NCBI GenBank assembly: GCA_965648905.1
Contig: CBFGIT010000019.1
Coordinates: 1-51,564 of the forward strand
Direction of reading: 5' to 3'
DNA: 51,564 nt
Origin: a candidate division WOR-3 bacterium
Lineage (GTDB): Bacteria > Hydrothermota > Tepidihabitantia > Tepidihabitantales > Tepidihabitantaceae
Of this stretch, positions 1 through 8,790 are shown in pieces (within the stretch, counting starts at the first letter, position 1; each line of letters starts with the position of its first letter). Below the pieces are notes generated by a model, which saw only the letters and a program-made list of their open reading frames with translations, searched no databases and was not told where the DNA came from. Both the position numbers and the translations under genes were made by a program.

Positions 1-132
1 CACGGCGTAAGTATCCTTTCTGCCGGCCACTGCCGGCGGTTAACGGACATTGACCATGGAGCTTACGCCCTCTTTCTTTCCAGTCAAAACCACCCGCGAA
101 TTTACAGGAAGTATAGGACATCACCTATGACC

Positions 133-445
133 ATCCCCTGGCTGGTAAGGGGGACGGTTCCCCTTTCGGAACCCCCTGCCCCGACCCCGGCCGAAACCCA
201 TTGGGCAGCCCCAGGCGAAGCGGCTACGCCTTCCCCTGCCCCAGTCCTTTCGGCAACCCCTGTGCCTGCCGCCGCCCCGGGGGGTTCGGCGGCCCGCGCC
301 CAGGCCCGATGCGTTCGCGGGTCCCAGACCCGGACCCAGCCCGGTGCCGACCCCCCTGCCCATCCGCCCGCGCCTCCCCTTGCCCAGACCACCGCAGTAC
401 CCCTCAGCCCGGCAGAGAAGACGACACCAGAGACCATCCGGACCA
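133..445. repeat. degenerate ~12-nt-period C-rich array; possibly a Gly/Arg-rich peptide on the minus strand
   Basis: in-phase units gttcccctttcg/gaaccccctgcc/ccgaccccggcc/gcagccccaggc/ccttcccctgcc/gacccccctgcc/cctccccttgcc. Confidence 0.5.
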
Positions 446-602
446 TCCGGTTTGCCCGTAAGCATCTGATAACGGCCGATTCCGCAAGTGTGCCGCACTC
501 CGAAGCCCATCAGACGACGACCCACTTGGTCAATTGGACTACCAACCGCGTGATCCCATCAAATCCGAGGCTCAATATCGGGATTGGGGGAGCCAGTTTG
601 CC

Positions 603-631
603 TTGACATCGGTCGCATTATCGCCTACAAT
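603..631 (+). promoter_or_regulatory. sigma70-type promoter of the pdxJ-secDF operon
   Basis: TTGACA (603-608), 17-bp spacer, TACAAT (626-631); GTG start 11 nt downstream with no SD. Confidence 0.75.
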
Positions 632-641
632 GCCCTCCACC

Positions 642-1358
642 GTGCACAGCCTATCCGTCAACATCGACCACGTCGCCACGCTGAGACAGGCGCGGCGCGA
701 ATCGTTTCCTGACCCGGTCCAGGCCGCGGCTTTGGTTGAGCTGGGCGGCGCAGACGGCATCACGGTCCACCTGCGTCAGGACCGGCGACACATCAGCGAC
801 CGGGACGTGGAACTGCTGCGTCGGACGGTCAAGACCGAGCTGACGGTCGAAATGGCGGCAACCGAGGGGCTAATACGCATCGCCCGTCGGCTGAAGCCGG
901 ACCAGGTCACGCTGGTGCCAGAGGTGCGGACCGAGGTCACGACGACTTGTGGCCTCGACCTGACGCGGGCCGGGGCCAGACTCAGCCGGCCGATTGCTGC
1001 GTTGAGCCGGGCGGGCATCCGCGTGAGCCTGTTTATCGAGCCGGACCCGGTCCAGTGTCGGCTGGCCGCGGAGCTGGGTGCGAATGTTGTCGAATTGAAC
1101 ACCGACCGTTACAGCCGGGCCTGGCAGAGCCGGCCGCGGCTTCTGGACGAGCTGTGCCGGGCGTCAGTTGCCGCGGTCGACGTCGGCCTGAGCGTACACG
1201 TCGGTCATGGTCTGGATTATCGGAACGTGGTTCCGGTTGCCGAGCGCCGGCTGGCAACCGGGTACAGCATTGGTTTTGCGCTCGTGGCCCGGGCGGTCAT
1301 GGTCGGGCTGCGTGAGGCGGTGAGTGAGATGAAGCGGATACTGGAGGTTTACTCTTGA
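642..1358 (+). CDS. pdxJ: pyridoxine 5'-phosphate synthase
   Basis: LSVNIDHVATLRQAR, GITVHLRxDRRHI, TLVPE and GHGL motifs; start moved from ORF start 534 to GTG 642 on promoter position and family N-terminus. Confidence 0.93.
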   Translation: MHSLSVNIDHVATLRQARRESFPDPVQAAALVELGGADGITVHLRQDRRHISDRDVELLRRTVKTELTVEMAATEGLIRIARRLKPDQVTLVPEVRTEVTTTCGLDLTRAGARLSRPIAALSRAGIRVSLFIEPDPVQCRLAAELGANVVELNTDRYSRAWQSRPRLLDELCRASVAAVDVGLSVHVGHGLDYRNVVPVAERRLATGYSIGFALVARAVMVGLREAVSEMKRILEVYS

Positions 1359-3043
1359 AATACGCGCGTTTGAAGTTCGGAGCGCTCATCGTGCTGGTTG
1401 GCCTGGCGCTCTGGGCACTCTATCCGACCTACCAGCTCTATGTTCAGATGCCCGGGCAGGAGCGGGCGCTGCAGGAAGAGCTGGCCCGGGCCGAGACCCG
1501 GAACGACAGCGCCCGGGTTCAGGTCAAGCAGGCTGAGTTTGCGAACCGCAAGACCGGTGCGCACAAACGTGCCCTGCATCTTGGGCTTGACCTGGTCGGC
1601 GGCATGCACCTGGTGCTTGAGGTTGACAAGTCGAAGCTGTCGGCCGATGACGCCCGCGACGCGGGCGACCGGGCGCTCGAGGTCATCCGGAACCGCGTGG
1701 ACCAGTTCGGCGTGTTCGAGCCGGTCATTCAGAAGGCGGGTCGGGACCGGATAATGATTCAGTTGCCCGGGGTCGACCGGGAGCGGGCCAAGAGCCTGAT
1801 TGGTCAGACCGCTCAGCTCAAGTTCCAGCTTGTCTACGAAGAGCGGGCCGCCTACGACGTCCTGAGGACGGTGGACGACCGGCTCAAGAGCCTGTCCGCC
1901 GTCGGCGACAGCACGGCGCGTCTGGCCGGACACGCCGACTCGGGCAAGGCAGGAACCGACACGACCAAGGAGCTCCTGGGCAGCGACGCCGAGGAAGGGA
2001 CGTTCCTCAGCTACATTCAGACGGTGGGGAACGACTTCGGCGTCGAGGAGTCGGACCTGCCCGAGTTTCGGGTCCTGTATGAGCGGTCCCGGGCTTTCTG
2101 GCCTGAGGGGAGTGAAGTCTTGCTCGGGCCGCCGGAACGACGCGAAGGCCGCACGGTCAGGCGGCTCTACGTGCTTAAGGCCGAGCCGGAGATGCTCGGC
2201 TCGGCCATCAAGGACGCGCGGCCCGCACCCTACCAGGGCGGCGAGCCCGGGCTGGCGAACACCTGGATTGTCAGCCTCAAACTGGGCCGGCGGGAGGCGA
2301 GCGTGTTCGCTTCGGTGACCGGCCGCAACGTCGGCCGGCGTCTGGCGATTGTCCTTGACAACGTGGTCAAGTCGGCGCCGGTGATTCAGAACCGGATTCC
2401 GGACGGCAACGCGATGATTACCACCAACGACGTCAATCCGGACGACGCGCGCGACCTGGCGATTGTACTCCGGTCCGGCGCGCTGCCGGCGCCTGTCAAC
2501 ATCGTCGAGGAGCGCTCGGTCGGGGCGTCCTTGGGCAACGACGCCATCAAGCGCGGCATCTTTGCCAGTCTGGTCGGTGCTCTGGCCGTGGTCATCTTCA
2601 TGATTGTCTATTATGCGGTCGGCGGGGCCCTGGCCGACGTTGCCCTGACGTTGAATATCCTGTTTCTCTTGGCGGTGCTGGCCGGTCTGCGTGCGACCTT
2701 GACGCTGCCCGGCCTGGCCGGGATTGCGTTGACCATCGGCATGGCGGTGGATGCGAACGTGCTCGTGTTCGAGCGCATCAGAGAGGAGCTGCGGTCGGGC
2801 AAGACCAACTTGGCCGCGGTCGACACCGGGTATGCCCGGGCGCTGGTGACGATCATCGACTCGAACGCAACGACGATCATCACTGCCATCGCGCTGTACT
2901 TTGTCGGCTCGGGGCCGATTCGTGGATTTGCGATTACGCTGATTACGGGCCTGGTCATCAACGTCATCACCGCGGTGTTTGTGACGCGCTGGGTGTTTGA
3001 CTGGTGGTTGTCCCGTTTTCAGGTCAGGAAGCTGAGGATATAA
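1355..3043 (+). CDS. secD: protein translocase subunit SecD
   Basis: LGLDLVGG, IRNRVDQFGVFEP, LRSGALP, GMAVDANVLVFERIREE; TTG start overlaps the pdxJ stop. Confidence 0.97.
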   Translation: MKYARLKFGALIVLVGLALWALYPTYQLYVQMPGQERALQEELARAETRNDSARVQVKQAEFANRKTGAHKRALHLGLDLVGGMHLVLEVDKSKLSADDARDAGDRALEVIRNRVDQFGVFEPVIQKAGRDRIMIQLPGVDRERAKSLIGQTAQLKFQLVYEERAAYDVLRTVDDRLKSLSAVGDSTARLAGHADSGKAGTDTTKELLGSDAEEGTFLSYIQTVGNDFGVEESDLPEFRVLYERSRAFWPEGSEVLLGPPERREGRTVRRLYVLKAEPEMLGSAIKDARPAPYQGGEPGLANTWIVSLKLGRREASVFASVTGRNVGRRLAIVLDNVVKSAPVIQNRIPDGNAMITTNDVNPDDARDLAIVLRSGALPAPVNIVEERSVGASLGNDAIKRGIFASLVGALAVVIFMIVYYAVGGALADVALTLNILFLLAVLAGLRATLTLPGLAGIALTIGMAVDANVLVFERIREELRSGKTNLAAVDTGYARALVTIIDSNATTIITAIALYFVGSGPIRGFAITLITGLVINVITAVFVTRWVFDWWLSRFQVRKLRI

Positions 3044-3044
3044 C

Positions 3045-3947
3045 GTGAGACTCATTCCCGAGACACACATCAACTTTGTCGGCCGACGACGGCTCTTCTT
3101 CGGCATATCCGGCGCGCTGTTTCTGGCCAGCATCCTCGTGGTTGTGCTGCGCGGGTTCAACTATGGAGTCGATTTCACCGGCGGCTCGCTGCTCCAGGTG
3201 CGTTTTGAACAGCGGGTCTCGATTGAGGCGATGCGTTCGGTACTGGCTCAACTGGGCGGAGCCGGGGCAACGATTCAGCAGGATGAACATGGCGACTTCC
3301 TGATTCGTGTCGGGGTCAAGGACGCCGAAGGCGGTCAGTCATTCAACGCCCGGTTTCGCGAGCAGCTCAGCCGTTCATTTCCGGACAATCGTTTCGAGAT
3401 ACTGCGTGAAGAGATGGTCGGCCCCCAGGTTTCCAAGGAGCTGCAAAGCCGGGTGCTGCTGGCGGTGGCGCTCGGGCTGATTGGCATTCTCATCTATGTC
3501 AGCTTCCGGTTCGACCTCAGATTCGGCACGGGTGCGGCCCTTGCGCTGCTCCATGACACCATCATCACCTTGGGCGTCGTGGCGGCGTTCCAGCGCGAGG
3601 TGACGACCACGACCCTGGCCGCGCTCCTGACGGTCATCGGCTATTCGGTTAACGACTCAATCGTCGTGTCGGATCGCATCCGGGAGGATATCCGGAAGAT
3701 GCGTAAGGAGTCGTTCAACGACGTCGTCAACCTGGCAATCAACCAGACCCTGAGCCGCACGGTGATAACCTCGCTCACGGTGCTGTTTGTCACCGTGGCT
3801 CTGCTCCTGTTCGGCGCCGGCAGTCTCCGTGACTTCGCCTTTGTGATGACGGCCGGCACGGTGGTCGGTACGTACTCGTCCGTCTTCATCGTGGCCAACA
3901 CGGTGGTTGAGTGGGAAACGAAATTCCCATCTCGTCGCCGCCGCTAG
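3045..3947 (+). CDS. secF: protein translocase subunit SecF
   Basis: GVDFTGG, VGP, GYSVNDSIVVSDRIRE, GTYSS motifs; follows secD. Confidence 0.97.
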   Translation: MRLIPETHINFVGRRRLFFGISGALFLASILVVVLRGFNYGVDFTGGSLLQVRFEQRVSIEAMRSVLAQLGGAGATIQQDEHGDFLIRVGVKDAEGGQSFNARFREQLSRSFPDNRFEILREEMVGPQVSKELQSRVLLAVALGLIGILIYVSFRFDLRFGTGAALALLHDTIITLGVVAAFQREVTTTTLAALLTVIGYSVNDSIVVSDRIREDIRKMRKESFNDVVNLAINQTLSRTVITSLTVLFVTVALLLFGAGSLRDFAFVMTAGTVVGTYSSVFIVANTVVEWETKFPSRRRR

Positions 3948-4414
3948 GCCGGGTCCGCTTCTTTCTGGAAGCGCTGGTCGGAACCGGCTGCTTCACCGGC
4001 TACTTTCCGATTGCGCCGGCAACGGTCACGAGCTTCTTCATGCTGTTGCCGGCGTTCTTTCTCGCCCGGCTGCCGCTGCTGCACGCGCTGGTCACGGTTG
4101 CGGTCTTCTTTGTTGGTGTGCCGGTCGCCGGAGACCTGGAACGGGTCTGGGGCAAGGACCCGGGCCGCGTTACGATCGACGAGGTGGCCGGCACACTCGT
4201 CACTTTCTTCCTGAATCCGGTCTCGCTCTGGGGGCTTGGAGCCGGGTTCTTCATCTGGCGGTTCTTTGACATCGTCAAGCTGCCGTTCATCAACAAGTCC
4301 CAGAACCTGCCGGGCGGGTGGGGAATCATGATTGACGACGTGCTGGCCGGAGTCTGTGCCAATCTGGTCTTGCGCCTGGCATTGGTGCTGATGCCGGTGC
4401 TCAGGTTCGGTTAA
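3911..4414 (+). CDS. pgpA: phosphatidylglycerophosphatase A
   Basis: GYFPIAP, KDPGRVTIDEVAG, RFFDIVK, GGWGIMIDDVLAG. Confidence 0.92.
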   Translation: MGNEIPISSPPLGRVRFFLEALVGTGCFTGYFPIAPATVTSFFMLLPAFFLARLPLLHALVTVAVFFVGVPVAGDLERVWGKDPGRVTIDEVAGTLVTFFLNPVSLWGLGAGFFIWRFFDIVKLPFINKSQNLPGGWGIMIDDVLAGVCANLVLRLALVLMPVLRFG

Positions 4415-4427
4415 GCAGAGCAGAGGA

Positions 4428-4898
4428 ATGGTCGAGAAAACCCTGGGGAGTCTGCTCTTCTGCCGAGGACTGACCGTTGCTCTGGCTGAGTCGTGTACTG
4501 GCGGGCTTGTTGCTGACCAACTGACCAACGTGCCGGGCAGCTCGGACTATTTTGTCGGCGGGGTGGTGGCGTATTCGAACCACGCCAAAGCCACACTGCT
4601 CAAGGTCAGACCTGCCACTTTGCGGCGTTATGGTGCGGTCAGCAGTCAGACCGTTGTCGAAATGGCACGGGGAGCAGCAGAGACGTTCGGAACCGACGTG
4701 GCGATTGCGGTCTCAGGAATCGCCGGCCCGACCGGAGGCACGCGGTCCAAACCGGTCGGGCTGGTCTATATCGCGGTTGTGGCCCGAGACAAGACGGTCG
4801 TTGAGAAACACATTTTCAAGGGCACCAGAAGAGAGGTGAAGCAGCAGGCTGCGCGTGCGGCATTGGCGTTCTGCATCAGGGTGTTGGAGCAGGCATGA
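4428..4898 (+). CDS. cinA: CinA C-terminal domain / nicotinamide-nucleotide amidohydrolase (PncC)
   Basis: AESCTGG, PGSSDYF, GAVS, SGIAGPTGG, KPVGLV; lacks the N-terminal MoCF domain. Confidence 0.9.
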   Translation: MVEKTLGSLLFCRGLTVALAESCTGGLVADQLTNVPGSSDYFVGGVVAYSNHAKATLLKVRPATLRRYGAVSSQTVVEMARGAAETFGTDVAIAVSGIAGPTGGTRSKPVGLVYIAVVARDKTVVEKHIFKGTRREVKQQAARAALAFCIRVLEQA

Positions 4899-5452
4899 AC
4901 AGGCTTACCCGGGCGTTCGTGGCAATCGAGGTTCCGGAATCGGTTCGGGCACAGGTCAGTGATCTGGTTCGCGGTCTCTCCAACCTGAGAAATGTCCGCT
5001 GGGTCAGGCCGGATGCGATGCACCTGACCCTGGCGTTTCTGGGTGAGAGGGAGCCGGGCTTCATCGAGGCGGTGAAACAGGCGCTGGCAACAACCAGCCC
5101 GGGACTTGTCCGGTTCGAGGCCCGACTTGCCGGCCTGGGTGCATTTCCGAACCCGAAGCGGGCAAGAGTGTTGTGGGTGGGCATGGCCGCGGGCCGAGAC
5201 GAATGCTCTCGGATTCAACGCGCGGTTGTTTCGGCCCTTGTTCCGATCGGGTTCGTGCCAGAAGACCGCAAGTTCAGTCCTCACCTGACCTTAGGCAGAC
5301 TGAGGACACCCGACGACGTCTCGGCAATTGCCGGGGTTGAGTTTCAGAGTGAGACCTTTCCGGTTGACCGCGTTGTTCTGTTCCAGAGCGAGCTCAGACC
5401 AGAAGGGCCGCGCTACACCAGGCTGGCAGAATATGCGCTGGCTGGCTGGTAG
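4895..5452 (+). CDS. thpR: RNA 2',3'-cyclic phosphodiesterase (2H family)
   Basis: RAFVAI N-terminus and two HxT motifs (MHLTLAFLG, PHLTLGR). Confidence 0.93.
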   Translation: MNRLTRAFVAIEVPESVRAQVSDLVRGLSNLRNVRWVRPDAMHLTLAFLGEREPGFIEAVKQALATTSPGLVRFEARLAGLGAFPNPKRARVLWVGMAAGRDECSRIQRAVVSALVPIGFVPEDRKFSPHLTLGRLRTPDDVSAIAGVEFQSETFPVDRVVLFQSELRPEGPRYTRLAEYALAGW

Positions 5453-5604
5453 CCAGTTTCACTGGGCCAACGGGACTAAGATAGACGCTGAGATCAGGCG
5501 ATTCGCTTGTTCAGGCGACATCCAGTGTTGCCACGGAGAGATCCTAACCTCTTAATCCGCAATCTGATACGTGAAATCCGGCCATCTTGCAGTTTCATTC
5601 CCCC

Positions 5605-5900
5605 GATGGTTCGGGGGACGGCTCGGGATTCCGATATGGTTGCGGCTGGCACCGCGGTTTCGGCCGCGGCCGGGGTCTGCGCCGCAATACCGGCTGGGGC
5701 AGGCGCGGCAGGTTCGGCCCGGGCAGGAGCAGTCACCGGCGTGGCAGGAGGGGAGGCCGGGGGCGCGGGCGGTTCTGCTCTGGCCTAGGCTCGGGTCGTA
5801 GAACCGCCTGTCGTTCCGGGCTGGGCTGGGGGCGGCGCGGCCGGTGCAGCGGCCGGATGCGATTGCGCCGGGGAACCGTCCTCGGTCAGGACATGGGTCA
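5605..5900. repeat. degenerate 6/12-nt-period G-rich array between thpR and the methyltransferase
   Basis: units gatggttcgggg/gacggctcggga/cgcggtttcggc/cgcggccggggt/accggctggggc/ttcggcccgggc/ctaggctcgggt/ctgggctggggg. Confidence 0.5.
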
Positions 5901-6518
5901 GATTGGGTCCGGACGATGTTTCCGGCAGTGGCCGACAAGCCACGGGAATGCGCCGATGATGGTCACGTCGGCGACGACCTGTTCAAGCAGCCGTCGCAGC
6001 GTGCGGTGGTTCCAGTGCTGGATGTGCTCCGGGTGGTCGCCGAAGCGTTTGAGGTACTTGCCACGGGCGAGGTTGCCGAGCTGGAACCAGGGTTCGTTGG
6101 GGACAGAGATGACAAGGTGCGACCCGGTGACGCGTACCAGCTCTCTGAGTGCGGCGGTTGGTTCTTCGAGGTGCTCAAGTACCTCCAGGCAGATAACGAG
6201 GTCGAATTCGGCATCCGGGTACGGAAGATGGTAGATGTTCTCGACAGTGAAGGTTCCTCGCGGGAAGCGCTGGGCAGCATAGGCAAGCGACTCGGGGTTC
6301 AGGTCGAACCCGACGACATCCGGGGGCAGCAAGTCGCTCAGGCGTTCGAGCGTCTCACCCTCTCCGCAGCCAGCATCAAGCACACTGCTCGGTGCAACGG
6401 ACTTGACGAGCGATGACAGCCTATTGTAGAAGTTTGAGAACGTCCAGCGGGCAATCGGATTCCGGGTCTGGAACTTGCGGAAGTTGAGGGTGTCAATCCG
6501 AGGCTGCTGTTCGGGCAT
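5898..6518 (-). CDS. class I SAM-dependent methyltransferase (Methyltransf_11-like)
   Basis: VLDAGCGEG, LPYPDAEFDLVICLEVLEHL, ISVP and EHIQHW motifs. Confidence 0.9.
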   Translation of the reverse strand: MPEQQPRIDTLNFRKFQTRNPIARWTFSNFYNRLSSLVKSVAPSSVLDAGCGEGETLERLSDLLPPDVVGFDLNPESLAYAAQRFPRGTFTVENIYHLPYPDAEFDLVICLEVLEHLEEPTAALRELVRVTGSHLVISVPNEPWFQLGNLARGKYLKRFGDHPEHIQHWNHRTLRRLLEQVVADVTIIGAFPWLVGHCRKHRPDPI

Positions 6519-6591
6519 CAGGGTTGACTCTCTTGCGGTGTCCGGAAATCGAGTTTCATCGTCAATGGCATGGGATGGCAGTCAACTTCGG

Positions 6592-8553
6592 TCAAGGCCG
6601 TGGTTGCCTGACGGCGTCTTTGATTGCCTGTTCGAACTGGGGGTTGACCGGGCCACCGAACCGGCGTGCGGCTTCGAGCTCGGTCTCGGCCTCCTTGAAT
6701 CGGCCGAGGTTGAAATATGCGACCGCCAGGTTATGGTGGACAACCGGGTTGGTCGGTGCGACCTGAACCATGGTGTCGTACTGGGCCAGCGCCGCATCGT
6801 AGAGCTTCAGACGCTGAAGCAAGGTCGCGAGTGAAAACCGATACTCGACCCGACCGGGTGCCAGTTCGACCGCTCTGGTGTAGGCGCTGCGGGCAGCAGT
6901 AAGGTCCCCGCGTCGTTCATACGTCTTGCCGATATAGTGATAAGTGACCGGGTCGGTCGAGTCGCTGAGCATGGCGTTGACCAGGTTGGCCAGCGCGCTG
7001 TCGAGGTTGCCACGGTAGAACTCGATGATGCCCAGAGTGCGCAGGGCCGCAGGATGGCCGGGCAGAACATCGAGGGCTTCCCGGAAGGTCGCAATTGAAC
7101 GGGCGGTGTCGCCTTCAGTGTAGTATTGACTGCCCAAGTTGACCAGCGACTGGGCAGTAACAAGCCGGCCCTTGCCGCGCTCGACCGGGTAGGTGGTAGC
7201 AAGGAACGCGGCAGCGGCCAGAGCCAGACCCCCCAAGGCTTGACTCAGGCGGGTCCGATTCAAGCCGATTCGCACCTGTTCGCGGAGCCAGGAGACCATC
7301 CCGCCGGCAAAGGGGATGAGCGCGACCAGCGACGGAACGCGATACCGCGAGAAGACAAAGAACGCAATCACGCCAAGCGCGTAGACAAAGAAGAACAGCA
7401 CGAGGGACAACCGGCTGCGCGTACGCCAGCCGGTGAGAGCCATACCGGCCAGACCCAAACCAAAGACCAAGCCGAACGAGAACAGGGGCAGGCGCAGTAC
7501 CCGTGAGTAGCGGGAGAAGAAGTAGAGGTCCTGGTTATCCGGGACCTCGAAGTCATTGAAGTAGAGCACGGTCTTGCGCCAGAGCAGGCGGGCAAAGTCG
7601 GCCGGGTGCTTGCGCATCCAGTCAAACGCAGCCTTGAAGTAAAAACGCGAAATGCCGGCGTAGCTCAGGTGCTTGCCGCTCGTGGTGCGGGCGTACTCGG
7701 CAAAGTCGGTCTGCTCGAACCGCGGGTTGGCCCGAACCCAGGGTGGAGCCTGATACTGGCCGGTGTTGTTGTAGGGGTTGTTGCCGATGTAGAAGTTCTG
7801 ACCAGCCTGGGTCGTGGTCAGGACGAATTCGCGGGCCAGTACCGAGTTGCGGATTGAGACTGGCGCGATGACAAGTACGAGGCCGAGAAGAGCAGCAAGA
7901 GAAGTCCGAAGTCCAAATGACGAATGACGTGCGGCGGACGATGCAGGACGAATGGCAAGCGCGACCAGGAGCACCGGCGCGAAGAGAAGCAGGTTCGCCC
8001 TGGTCAGGGTAGCAAGCCCGAGCGTGATGCCGGCCGCAAGGGGCCAGAGCAGGCTCCTGGTCTCCCTCAGCGAGCGCGTCATGAACCAGACGAACAGACC
8101 GACAAGGAACACGGCGAGTGCGGTCTTCTCAATCTGCACCTCGTAGAAAAGAAACGGCTTGTACAGCGCGGCAACAAGCATGGCTGTGACGGCAGCAAGC
8201 CGGCCGAAGAGCAGTCTGGTTGTGTCAAGAGCCAGAAACAGCAGACCGATGCTGAGCAGGAGCTGGATGGCATAGACCGCATGGTAGCTGTGGCCGAACA
8301 CGCGGTAGACGCCGGCAAGGAAGTAGGGATAGAGCGGGTCCTGGTAGAATGGCTCGGCTGCGGACTTGCCGGCAATAATCTCCTGCGCCCACTTGTCATA
8401 GGCCTGACCGTCAATCACCGGCCGGGTGAAGAATGGCGAGTCCGCAGTATCGACCAGGTTGGCCACGCGCAGAGCAAGGCCGACCACGGCAACAGCCGCG
8501 ACACACAGGGCGAATACCAGCGCAGCGCGATGGCTTTGGGGCGGTTCGAGCAT
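6592..8553 (-). CDS. GT-C fold membrane glycosyltransferase (PMT/ArnT-like, GT39/83-like) with C-terminal TPR repeats
   Basis: multi-TM N-terminus with DGQAYDKWA, YQDPLYPYFLA, LATLTRAN, NFYIGN, RYRVP; C-terminal TPRs; ATG 8553 (alternative GTG 8556). Confidence 0.82.
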   Translation of the reverse strand: MLEPPQSHRAALVFALCVAAVAVVGLALRVANLVDTADSPFFTRPVIDGQAYDKWAQEIIAGKSAAEPFYQDPLYPYFLAGVYRVFGHSYHAVYAIQLLLSIGLLFLALDTTRLLFGRLAAVTAMLVAALYKPFLFYEVQIEKTALAVFLVGLFVWFMTRSLRETRSLLWPLAAGITLGLATLTRANLLLFAPVLLVALAIRPASSAARHSSFGLRTSLAALLGLVLVIAPVSIRNSVLAREFVLTTTQAGQNFYIGNNPYNNTGQYQAPPWVRANPRFEQTDFAEYARTTSGKHLSYAGISRFYFKAAFDWMRKHPADFARLLWRKTVLYFNDFEVPDNQDLYFFSRYSRVLRLPLFSFGLVFGLGLAGMALTGWRTRSRLSLVLFFFVYALGVIAFFVFSRYRVPSLVALIPFAGGMVSWLREQVRIGLNRTRLSQALGGLALAAAAFLATTYPVERGKGRLVTAQSLVNLGSQYYTEGDTARSIATFREALDVLPGHPAALRTLGIIEFYRGNLDSALANLVNAMLSDSTDPVTYHYIGKTYERRGDLTAARSAYTRAVELAPGRVEYRFSLATLLQRLKLYDAALAQYDTMVQVAPTNPVVHHNLAVAYFNLGRFKEAETELEAARRFGGPVNPQFEQAIKDAVRQPRP

Positions 8554-8559
8554 CACACC

Positions 8560-8588
8560 AGTGTAGAAAGGGATAGTCGGGCTGTAAA
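8560..8588 (-). promoter_or_regulatory. sigma70-type promoter, probably giving a leaderless transcript
   Basis: minus strand TTTACA-17 bp-TACACT, then 6 nt to ATG 8553. Confidence 0.6.
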
Positions 8589-8646
8589 GCGCGGCAGACT
8601 GCTCAACTGGTTGTGGTCTGCGCGGCGATTGTCACAAGCAGTTGTC

Positions 8647-8674
8647 TTGACTTACGTCCGAGCGGTTCTATAAT
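8647..8674 (+). promoter_or_regulatory. sigma70-type promoter of the surface-protein cluster
   Basis: TTGACT-16 bp-TATAAT; ~110-nt leader ends in AGGAGG SD before ATG 8791. Confidence 0.7.
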
Positions 8675-8790
8675 CAGATAGCAGAAGTGGACCCGATGTC
8701 TTCGGTCAGCCGACGCGTTCACTGCCTGCGTTCTGGGTTACTATCCGCACAGAGGAATTCACATCAGCATAACCAGTACAGGAGGTCCCA

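Noticed and set aside
1..50. Possible truncated minus-strand gene starting at ATG 50 (MSVNRRQWPAERILTP)
   Set aside because: Too short to support at the window edge
1349..3160. 603-aa antisense ORF (also 36972-38261, 23200-24045, 33138-34163 and others)
   Set aside because: Shadow ORFs opposite well-supported genes, expected at high GC
5587..6234. 215-aa Gly/Arg-rich ORF as a DUF5320 gene
   Set aside because: No SD, TTG start, long antisense overlap with the methyltransferase and no clear DUF5320 N-terminal motif; treated as a periodic repeat instead
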